From assembly GCA_017645655.1 (NCBI GenBank), contig JAGCNZ010000096.1, forward strand, positions 24,187 to 88,186: 64,000 bases of DNA, given 5' to 3'. How positions within the stretch are numbered: position 1 is the stretch's first letter; every line of letters starts with the position of its first letter. Of the stretch, positions 46,616-54,583 are shown in pieces. The stretch is from Bacteroidaceae bacterium (GTDB lineage Bacteria; Bacteroidota; Bacteroidia; Bacteroidales; Bacteroidaceae). The notes under the pieces are model-generated. The model had not been told where the DNA came from and did not search any database. It worked only from the letters and a program-made list of their open reading frames with translations. Position numbers and translations under genes: made by a program.

Positions 46616-48328
46616 ATGAAAAAGACTTTCAAAACATTCGCACTCGTGTTGCTGACTGCTTTTGCTTTCAGCAGCTGTGTTGACGTACCGGCTCCTTACA
46701 ATCTGCCAGACAAGACTAGCAATACAGATGGAGACGGCGGTGGCTCTTCGTCCAGCGAGGGCACTCCTATCACATGTGCACAGGCTGTCGAGCTTACAAA
46801 CGCATTGGCAGATGGCGCAACATCTTCTGAGACTTATACCATCACTGGTTACATCACCGAAGTTGTTGGCGATGTTAGCCGCAATCAGCAGACCTTCTGG
46901 ATGGCCGACACCAAGAGTGGCGGCAGAGTCTTCGAGGCATATTGGGCAAACCTCCCTGAAGGTGTGACAGCCTTCACGGCAGGCACGAAGGTTAAGATTA
47001 CAGGTAAGCTGATGAAGTACGTGAATGCAAACAACGGCAACGTGATTGCCGAGATGAAGAACGCTATTGTTACAATCCTGGAAGACGATGGCAGTGGCAG
47101 TGGTGATACTCCTGCCGAGGGCACTGCAGTCACATGTGCTCAGGCTGCCGAATTGACAAATGCCCTTCCCGATGGCGGTACTTCAAGCGAGACTTATACC
47201 GTCACAGGTTACATCACTGAGGTTATTGGAAACGTTAGTCGCAACCAGCAGACCTTCTGGATGGCTGATACGCAGAATGGTGGCAGAGTCTTCGAGGCGT
47301 ATTATGCTAACCTTCCCGAAGGCGTAAGCGAGTTTGCAGTCGGCACAAAGGTAAAGATTACAGGCCAATTGATGAAGTACGTGAACAATAGTGGTCAGGT
47401 AACTCCTGAGATAAAGAACCCGACTGTCGTGATTCTTGAGCAGGGTGGTGGCGAGACACCTCCTCCTGCAGTGGATGGCATAGCAGTTACTTGCGCTGAG
47501 GCTGTTGAACTTACCAACGCACTTGCCGATGGCGGCACATCAGCTGACGCTTATACCGTCACAGGTTACATCACCGAAGTTGTTGGCAATGTCAGCCGCA
47601 ACCAACAGACCTTCTGGATGGCCGACACACAGGATGGTGGCAGAGTCTTCGAGGCTTATTATGCAAACCTGCCTGCAGGCGTCAGCGCATTCGCCGTTGG
47701 CATGAAGGTGAAGCTTACCGGTCAGCTGTTGAAGTATGTGAACAACACGAGCGGTCAGGTAACGCCGGAGATAAAGAATGGCGACGTCGTTGTTCTTGAG
47801 CAAGGTGGTGGCGATACGCCAGAGCCTCCGACTCCCGGTCCTGGCGGCGAGACTGTGTCAGATCTCGTGAACGGCGACTTCGAGAGTTGGGTAAGCGATG
47901 CAGAGCCTACGGGTTGGAAGTCGGCAAGCACCGCAAGCAATGCTACGCTGAGCAAGAGCACAGATGCTCGCAACGGCAGCTTCGCATGTATGATAGCTGC
48001 TCCGGGTTCTGCAAACAAGCGTCTCGCTACGCAGGAGATAACGCTCGAGGCTGGCTCGTACACCTTCTCGTTCTACGCAAGGTCGACCAGCGCGAGTCCC
48101 TGCCAGACGCGTGGTGGCTATGTGCCCATCAAGGATGACGGCACAGTAGATACATACAGGTATGGAGACTACACCGACATCAACAACAATGGTTGGACGC
48201 TTGTATCGTACGACTTCACGCTCGACGCTCCGACGACTCTTTGCCTGCTCGTCATGAATCCTAAAAACAGCAACTACTCGACCTCTCAGGACATCCTGGT
48301 CGACGATGCTACGCTGGTAAAGAACTAA
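46616..48328 (+). CDS. Lipoprotein with three tandem OB-fold-like domains of about 119 aa and a C-terminal CBM4/9-like jelly-roll
   Basis: Lipobox FSSC. The block (I/V)TCAQA.ELTNAL.DG.TS..(T/A)YT(I/V)TGYITEV(V/I)G(D/N)VSRNQQTFWMAD...GGRVFEAY.ANLP occurs three times. The tail begins DLVNGDFESW. ATG 46616 is preferred over TTG 46574. Confidence 0.6.
   Translation: MKKTFKTFALVLLTAFAFSSCVDVPAPYNLPDKTSNTDGDGGGSSSSEGTPITCAQAVELTNALADGATSSETYTITGYITEVVGDVSRNQQTFWMADTKSGGRVFEAYWANLPEGVTAFTAGTKVKITGKLMKYVNANNGNVIAEMKNAIVTILEDDGSGSGDTPAEGTAVTCAQAAELTNALPDGGTSSETYTVTGYITEVIGNVSRNQQTFWMADTQNGGRVFEAYYANLPEGVSEFAVGTKVKITGQLMKYVNNSGQVTPEIKNPTVVILEQGGGETPPPAVDGIAVTCAEAVELTNALADGGTSADAYTVTGYITEVVGNVSRNQQTFWMADTQDGGRVFEAYYANLPAGVSAFAVGMKVKLTGQLLKYVNNTSGQVTPEIKNGDVVVLEQGGGDTPEPPTPGPGGETVSDLVNGDFESWVSDAEPTGWKSASTASNATLSKSTDARNGSFACMIAAPGSANKRLATQEITLEAGSYTFSFYARSTSASPCQTRGGYVPIKDDGTVDTYRYGDYTDINNNGWTLVSYDFTLDAPTTLCLLVMNPKNSNYSTSQDILVDDATLVKN
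46757..47830 (+). repeat. Three tandem coding repeats (periods 360 and 357 nt)
   Basis: Repeat starts are read at 46757 (EGTPITC), 47117 (EGTAVTC) and 47474 (DGIAVTC). Confidence 0.85.
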
Positions 48329-48348
48329 CTTAATTGGTAAATAAAAGA

Positions 48349-49257
48349 ATGAAAAAGTTCGCTTTCATATCATTCCTCTTCCTTAGTCTGTGTCCGTCGC
48401 TTCGGGCTCAGCAATATGCCACGATACTCTATCGTCAGAGCGAAATGCCACGGGCAGTTGCTGTCACTGAGATAGATTCTGTCGTGGTGCGCGATGTGGC
48501 TGAGGTAGATGCTACGTATTTCGATACGCCCAAGGACACCGTCTATGTGGCACAAGTTCGCGAGTCGCATTGGAAAGGCAAGAAGGTGGCTTTCCTGGGC
48601 GACAGCATCACGCAGTATGCTGAGTATGTCAATGCCTATGCCAGCCTGACAGGCTGCGAGGCATTGAACTACGGCATCTCTGCCACGCACATGGCATCGA
48701 GGAACAATAGCGACACGAATGCTTTCGACAAGCGATACAACAAGATGCCGACACAGAGCAGGGTCGATATGGTCGTGGTCTTCGGAGGCACGAACGACTT
48801 CGGGCATACCAATACTGCTGAGTTCGGAGAGTTCTCCGACGGGCCGAAGGTGGGTAAGTACTCCTTCTATGCCGGCTTGCATCGCCTTTTCAAAGGTCTG
48901 CAAAACCGTTACTCGAACATCCCCGTCGTCATTATGCTGCCTCTTCATCACGGCACGGAGATTGACTGCCCGGAGTATGTGATTAACGGCACGACCATCA
49001 CTGAGGGTACTAATCCCACGACGGGCAAGACTTTCCGTGAGTATGTGAATGCCATCCGCGAGGTAGCCGCCTACTATTCCTTCATTGTGCTTGATGCTTA
49101 CAGCTACAGCAACCTCAGTCCCATGACTGAGATTGGCAGCGGCAGCAGTGGCTTCTTCCAGGACGGATTGCACCTCAATCAGGCTGGCGGCATGCGCTTG
49201 GCACGATGGATGTACCCGCAGCTGGAGGCTGTATACGAAATGTTCTACGACTTCTAA
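48349..49257 (+). CDS. SGNH/GDSL-type hydrolase
   Basis: Signal peptide. Block I FLGDSIT, block III FGGTNDF, block V DGLHLNQAG. ATG 48349 is preferred over TTG 48334. Confidence 0.7.
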   Translation: MKKFAFISFLFLSLCPSLRAQQYATILYRQSEMPRAVAVTEIDSVVVRDVAEVDATYFDTPKDTVYVAQVRESHWKGKKVAFLGDSITQYAEYVNAYASLTGCEALNYGISATHMASRNNSDTNAFDKRYNKMPTQSRVDMVVVFGGTNDFGHTNTAEFGEFSDGPKVGKYSFYAGLHRLFKGLQNRYSNIPVVIMLPLHHGTEIDCPEYVINGTTITEGTNPTTGKTFREYVNAIREVAAYYSFIVLDAYSYSNLSPMTEIGSGSSGFFQDGLHLNQAGGMRLARWMYPQLEAVYEMFYDF

Positions 49258-50151
49258 ATGCGAAAACTTCTCACATCTTCCCTTTTCCTCTTGACGTCCA
49301 TCCTCTACGCGTACGATGTAGAGGTGGACGGCATTTGCTATAACCTCCTTGGTACGAGCATGGCGTATGTCACCTACAGAGGTGGCGACATGTTCGAGCC
49401 GAATGGTTATTCCGGGGATGTCGTTGTGCCGTCACATATTGTCCACAACGGTTTCACCTACCGCATTTTTAATGTCGGCCCCAGTGCATTTGCCGATTGC
49501 GAGGGGCTGACGTCTGTCCAGCTGCCTTCTACGGTGCGAGGCGTCAGTGGAAGTGCGTTCCTTGGGTGTACCAACCTTCGTCAAGTCGCATTGCCGAGCG
49601 ACCTGCTTGGCTTGGGAGGCAGCGTTTTTGCGGGTTGCACGTCTCTGCAAGAGGTGTCTCTGCCGCGCCGTCTGGATGAAGTTGACACGCTGATGCTCTA
49701 TTGCTGCGCATCCCTGACATCGGTTGTCTTGCCCCATCGCGTCCGCAGAGTCTGCCAAGGGTCGCTTGTGCATCTGCCCTCGATGAGGCATCTCTACGTC
49801 TTTGCCTCCACGCCGCCTACGGCAGATCAGGGTGCCTTCACGCTGAAAGACCAGCAGCATTGCACCCTTCACGTCCCGCGAGAAGCCCTGCAGCAATACA
49901 AGCAATCGCCCATCTGGCGTGAGTTCTATCGCATCGTGGTGCTGGGCGACGCGGATTATGCTGCGCATGATTATCAGCGTGGCGACATCAACGATGATGG
50001 CAATGTGGACGCCGAGGACCTTGCTTTGCTGCGTCGCATCGTTGTCAGCCTGCCCGACGATTCAGCCGTACGTTGGGCAGCCGACATCAACGGCGATGGC
50101 AAAATCAATTCAGTTGATTACGTTTTGTTGTCGAAGAGCATTGGCGAGTGA
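49258..50151 (+). CDS. BspA-type LRR protein with C-terminal dockerin-like module
   Basis: 297 aa with a signal peptide. LRR_5 units (SAFADCEGLTSVQLPSTV...), and two EF-hand-like dockerin repeats DINDDGNVDAEDLALLRRIV and DINGDGKINSVDYVLLSKSI. Confidence 0.75.
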   Translation: MRKLLTSSLFLLTSILYAYDVEVDGICYNLLGTSMAYVTYRGGDMFEPNGYSGDVVVPSHIVHNGFTYRIFNVGPSAFADCEGLTSVQLPSTVRGVSGSAFLGCTNLRQVALPSDLLGLGGSVFAGCTSLQEVSLPRRLDEVDTLMLYCCASLTSVVLPHRVRRVCQGSLVHLPSMRHLYVFASTPPTADQGAFTLKDQQHCTLHVPREALQQYKQSPIWREFYRIVVLGDADYAAHDYQRGDINDDGNVDAEDLALLRRIVVSLPDDSAVRWAADINGDGKINSVDYVLLSKSIGE

Positions 50152-50336
50152 GTTGCCGCACGGCAACATACGAGTTTTCCAGGGCTGATTGCTCTTTGCT
50201 CCCTCGGAGCGAATCTCGTTGCCCAGGGACTGATATTCGGTTCACCCCATAGGTGGACCTTTTTGTCCTGTTTGCATTTTGTAACAAAAAGCATTCTTTT
50301 GCTTTCTTTTTGCTGTTTTTGCACACAACGTAACGT

Positions 50337-50480
50337 GCCGAAAAATGCGTCGAAACAGGGCAGATTTTCTGTTGCGGCGTGCTGTGTCGGAAAATATGGC
50401 ACGTTATATTTGAAATATTACACGTGATGTTTGAATTTTCACTACGCTGCGATTGCGGAAACGACACGCCAAAAAGTGTG
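50337..50480. repeat. CACGTG-core phased repeat array, locus A6 (degenerate edges)
   Basis: Cores AACGTG 50342, GGCGTG 50386, CACGTT 50410, CACGTG 50431, CACTACG 50450, CACGCC 50475. The CG dinucleotides are spaced 44/24/21/22/22. Confidence 0.7.
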
Positions 50481-50752
50481 CAAAAACGAGCAAAAATGAC
50501 TGGTTTTGCCAGGTGGAGATGGCAATTTGTCCATTGAAGATTGAAAGTCGAAGATGTGATGCGGCTGGTAACAGCCTGATACAGAATCGATTCTAAAACA
50601 CTTTCGTTCTAAGCGCTTCTTTTTATAAAAAGGTACAAAAGTGCCTCCGAGGGGATTTTAGGCGATTCTGGCGAGTCGGTCAAAAATGTGTGTGTAAGCA
50701 AAATGGTGAAAAAAGAAGCAAAGTGTCAGAAGCGTCATAATGAATCTTGGCG

Positions 50753-50792
50753 CGCGAAAAGCGGCAGGTTTGCATTGGAGCAAGCCTGCCGC
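50753..50792 (-). terminator. Hairpin plus T-run after the CotH/T9SS gene
   Basis: The minus strand reads GCGGCAGGC-ttgctccaatgcaa-ACCTGCCGC, followed by TTTTCG. Confidence 0.45.
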
Positions 50793-50853
50793 TATGTCGT
50801 TCTATGCGTGGCGTCACATTTTGTGTCGTCTCATCTCGCTCGCCCTCAGGGCG

Positions 50854-53800
50854 TTACTTTACCTTGACAAAGCGCTTTTGTCCACCCACAATGTAGATTC
50901 CCGTCTTTGTGATACGGTCGATGCGGGTGCCGCTGAGGGTGTAGATGGGCGCTTCCTCCAGGTCCTCGAGCCTTGTGGCAATGCCATCAGCATCGTCGAA
51001 GACGCTGACCGTGGCAGTTCCCTTCTTGTTGGAACCGTCGGTAGCCTTGGCGGTGATGATGGTCGTGCCGGAGGACAGGGCAGTGATAATGCCTTCGTCA
51101 ACCGTTGCTACCTCCTCGTTCGAGCTCGTCCAGGTGAGTGTCTTGACGGTTGCCGCCTCGGGCAGGATGCTGACGAGCAGCGTCGTATCGTTGCCTGCCA
51201 GCATGTCGATGACGTTCGGGCTCAGCTCGATGGAGGTGACGTATGTCTTGGCGAGGGTGACGTCGTATTCCACATCGCTTGCCCTCGTGCATATGCCATC
51301 TGCAGTAGCGAAGCACTGATTGCGTATTTGGTAGGTTCCTCCAGCGAAGTTATCTGCTCCGGCCAGGGTGAAGGTGAGGGCAGTGCCCGTCGTGGCACCG
51401 AGGTTCTCGTTGCCTGGAGCGTAGACGATGATGTGTGCTCCGTTAAGCATCGGGAGGCAGATGGTGTTGTGAGCAGCCGTGTTGACTCTCGTGTTGAAGT
51501 CGAGACTGCCTTGCTGTATCGATAGGCCTTGCGAGAGGATGATGTCAGCTTCGTAGGCTGTCGCGGCTCGGCTCGTGTTCAGCCATACCGTCACCTTGCG
51601 TGTGCCGCTGGCTTTGACGGATGCATTGCTTGAATAGAGCGTTGCCTCGAGTTCCTGGGTGCCGAGCGGCACCTCGTTGAGGATGCGACGTACCGTGACG
51701 ACGTCTGCCACGTCGATGCGGCTGTCGAGGTTGGCATCGGCATTGATGACTTCGAATCCCGCAGGCTCGTCTCCCGTCAGGTACGCCGCTATCCATTCGG
51801 CATCCGTCTCGTCGAGCACTCCATTGCTGTTCACGTCGCCAGCCAGGTTGCTCACGTTGTAGTAAACGCCCGCATCGTTCTTAAGTACCACGAGGTGCGT
51901 GGCATCGAAGGTCGGATAAGCATCCTCGCCAAGCGTCTGATACCAGATGGGCTCCAGGGTTATGCCGTTGTTGAGCATATAGCAGAGTTTGCCGCTTGTC
52001 ACGTCGTCGCTGGTGATGCGGTTCACCTGCGTGGTCGACGTGCTGTAGCAATTCACGGCGCTGGCTCCTCCTCTGTAGAAGTCGTTGCGGTAGTTATAGC
52101 CTTCCACGGTGCCGATGTTGTAGCAGTTCTGTAGCGTCGCGTTTGTTCCCATCCATCCACAGATGGCTGCGCTCTCGCTGCTGCCGCTGACGTTGCCAGT
52201 GTTGTAGCAGTTGTAGAAGAAGAATGTGCTGACTGCACCCTTGTTGCAGCCGATGATGCCGCCCGCATTGTAACCGCTTGCCGTCACGTTAGCCTCGTTG
52301 CCCACGCGCGAGAAGGTCACGTTGCCTGCCGTCGTGGAACCGCCTGCCAGCCCGACATAATTGTTTCCCTCGATGGAGCAGGTGCTGTCGAGAATCAGGT
52401 TGCTGATGGACGCGCCTCCACCCACAGCGCCGAAGAGGCCAGTGTAGTCTCCTCCTGTGACATGTAGGTTGCTGATGCGATGCCCTTGTCCGTCGAAGAG
52501 ACCACGGAAGGGCCTCGAACTGGTGCCAATCGGCGTGAACTGATCATTGTAGTCAGCCATGTCGATGTCGTTCTCAAGATATGCGTTGCTGTACTGCGCA
52601 CCTTCCGCAACGGCCTCGGCAAGCTCGATTATCTGCTCGGGCGATGTGATGAAGTATGTGGAGTCGGTGTAAAGCGTGCCCGGGTTATAGCCGAGGTAAT
52701 TGTCAATCCAGTTCAGTCGGGTAGGGATGTAGCTGCGTAGCACATCCACTTCCGCCTCGAAAGAACCGAGCGCGGAAACGTTCTGGTGAACACGTTGATT
52801 GAGGATTGGCCATCGAATGAAGTTGAGGTTAGCGGACGCTTCTATCTCCGTTGCCATGCTGTCGACGTAGTCCACGAGCGTCTTCTCATCAAGAGAGCCT
52901 TCCTTTCTATTGTCCCTCCACAACTGATTGAGCATTTGGTCTGCAGCACCGTCGCTGAGGACGCGGTTGACAAACGAACGCATGTCGCCCGCACAACTGC
53001 CGCCACGGAATGCCCAGTCGCTGCGTCCGTTGACTGGATAGATGCGTTCGTCGTTGTCGAATGCCAGGTCGAAGTCCCAGCAGGGAGATACATGGAACTG
53101 ATCCTCCAGGCGCTCCTTATACATGTACGTGCTCCAGTAGGTGTCCATGTTGCCCGAGAACTCGCCAACGATGAAGTGCTTGAGGAACGACTCCACGTCG
53201 AGATACTTGCGGAAACCGTTTTCCGGGTCGGTATAGTTGCTTGCAAAGAGAGCTGACTCCATCAGGTTGAAGTGCCCCTTGATGTAGTTGTGCTGCTCTG
53301 TCGTGATGTCGTCGTCGCCCGGGTGCTTGATGGTTACCGGGTTGCCCCGGTTGCTGCTGAACCAACTCGTCTCCTGGCTGGCGTATGCATCAACCTCGAC
53401 AAGATAGCCACCGGTCAGCATCGGCTCTTCGATGTCGTCGGGCGTCATCTCTGTGATAGGCACACGATGCGGGTCCACGGAAATCTGGTCGCAGAGCTGG
53501 TAGCAACCCTTGTATTCGCCATTCATGATGACGTCCACGGGTTGTGCCCACGGCGTGTATGGCAATCCCAGACGCTTGCTCACCTCGAAGGCAAGGCAGT
53601 TACGCATGAGAGTCTTGTCGCCGTAGTTGTTGATGAGCGTCCACTTCTTGGCTTTCGCCGGACTCTCCATTGCCGAACCTCTAAGCATGTGATGGCTCTT
53701 GCCGTCGGCAAACTTAATGCGCCACGGCTTCTTCGGGAAACCCCAGGATGCGTTGCCTCTGCCTCGAGCTGTGATGGGATACTCCTGGATGCGGGTGCCA

Positions 53801-54417
53801 CCGTCGTAGGTAATCGTGATGTTCGACGGTATCTCATTGACCTTGTCTTGAGGATCACTGCCCGTGGAGGTGTGTATGCTGACCGTCGGCAGGTTGGTTA
53901 TTTGGTACCATTGGGTATCGTCGCCCTCGCCCTCGTATCCATAGAATTCGAGTTCAGCGATGTTGCAGCGTGCGTCGTTCGGTCCGACGTAACGCACATA
54001 TCGGAAGCCTCGCGAGACAGGCACGTCGGCATAATCCATCTTTCTGGCTGTGCCGGTGTTGGGTATGAGATAAAGCGGGACAGCATCAAGGAAATCGGGA
54101 CTGTTGCTGCCTTCGAAGACAGCAAGTTGAACTCGTCCAGTCTGGCTGGTGCGAGGGCTCCAACCTACAGAGGTGATGACATGAGGCGTGCCCAGGTCGA
54201 GTCCTACCCACGTGTTTGAGCGTCCCATGGAGGCATAGAAAGTGTCATAGTCACCGTCGAAAGCATCGGCAGGTGTATTGACTGTCGTGCTCGATTGGCT
54301 GGTGTTGTAGTCTATGTTTGGCGAGCCGATAGGGGTGCCGCTTAGTTTCGTGGAAGTTTGTGCGAAACTTTGCATCACTGCAAATAGCAGAAGTGATATG
54401 GTATTTAGTCTTTTCAT
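50854..54417 (-). CDS. Multidomain secreted protein: F5/8 type C (discoidin), CotH kinase-like, GLUG repeats, dockerin-like, Big_2 and T9SS C-terminal domain
   Basis: CotH motifs (ARGRGNASWGFPKKPWRIKF; LINNYGDKTLMRNCLAFEVSKRLGL; GEYKGCYQLCDQI; CWDFDLAFDND). GLUG/NCYN.G modules. GDVNSNGVLDETDAEWIAAYL and DANLDSRIDVADVVTVRRIL. Big_2 (LTWTSSNEEVATV). C-terminus PIYTLSGTRIDRITKTGIYIVGGQKRFVKVK. ATG 54417 is preferred because 54435 is TTG and only 5 nt from the -7 box. Confidence 0.8.
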   Translation of the reverse strand: MKRLNTISLLLFAVMQSFAQTSTKLSGTPIGSPNIDYNTSQSSTTVNTPADAFDGDYDTFYASMGRSNTWVGLDLGTPHVITSVGWSPRTSQTGRVQLAVFEGSNSPDFLDAVPLYLIPNTGTARKMDYADVPVSRGFRYVRYVGPNDARCNIAELEFYGYEGEGDDTQWYQITNLPTVSIHTSTGSDPQDKVNEIPSNITITYDGGTRIQEYPITARGRGNASWGFPKKPWRIKFADGKSHHMLRGSAMESPAKAKKWTLINNYGDKTLMRNCLAFEVSKRLGLPYTPWAQPVDVIMNGEYKGCYQLCDQISVDPHRVPITEMTPDDIEEPMLTGGYLVEVDAYASQETSWFSSNRGNPVTIKHPGDDDITTEQHNYIKGHFNLMESALFASNYTDPENGFRKYLDVESFLKHFIVGEFSGNMDTYWSTYMYKERLEDQFHVSPCWDFDLAFDNDERIYPVNGRSDWAFRGGSCAGDMRSFVNRVLSDGAADQMLNQLWRDNRKEGSLDEKTLVDYVDSMATEIEASANLNFIRWPILNQRVHQNVSALGSFEAEVDVLRSYIPTRLNWIDNYLGYNPGTLYTDSTYFITSPEQIIELAEAVAEGAQYSNAYLENDIDMADYNDQFTPIGTSSRPFRGLFDGQGHRISNLHVTGGDYTGLFGAVGGGASISNLILDSTCSIEGNNYVGLAGGSTTAGNVTFSRVGNEANVTASGYNAGGIIGCNKGAVSTFFFYNCYNTGNVSGSSESAAICGWMGTNATLQNCYNIGTVEGYNYRNDFYRGGASAVNCYSTSTTQVNRITSDDVTSGKLCYMLNNGITLEPIWYQTLGEDAYPTFDATHLVVLKNDAGVYYNVSNLAGDVNSNGVLDETDAEWIAAYLTGDEPAGFEVINADANLDSRIDVADVVTVRRILNEVPLGTQELEATLYSSNASVKASGTRKVTVWLNTSRAATAYEADIILSQGLSIQQGSLDFNTRVNTAAHNTICLPMLNGAHIIVYAPGNENLGATTGTALTFTLAGADNFAGGTYQIRNQCFATADGICTRASDVEYDVTLAKTYVTSIELSPNVIDMLAGNDTTLLVSILPEAATVKTLTWTSSNEEVATVDEGIITALSSGTTIITAKATDGSNKKGTATVSVFDDADGIATRLEDLEEAPIYTLSGTRIDRITKTGIYIVGGQKRFVKVK

Positions 54418-54439
54418 TTCGTTGTTTTTGTTCAACCTG

Positions 54440-54447
54440 CAAAGGTA
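54440..54447 (-). promoter_or_regulatory. -7 box (TACCTTTG on the minus strand) for the CotH/T9SS gene
   Basis: The plus strand reads caaaggta, 23 nt upstream of ATG 54417. Confidence 0.5.
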
Positions 54448-54552
54448 TGTTTATTTGCTTAATTTTGCAAGTAAAATGCCTATATTTAATTATATAATGT
54501 ATGGAAATGCAAATAAATTGCAATAAAAAGGCAGAAACAAAGCAGAAATGTT

Positions 54553-54560
54553 TAACTTTG
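54553..54560 (+). promoter_or_regulatory. -7 box (TAACTTTG) for the 54584-57682 operon
   Basis: Lies 24 nt upstream of ATG 54584. Confidence 0.5.
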
Positions 54561-54583
54561 CAACGTGAAATATATGATTAAAG

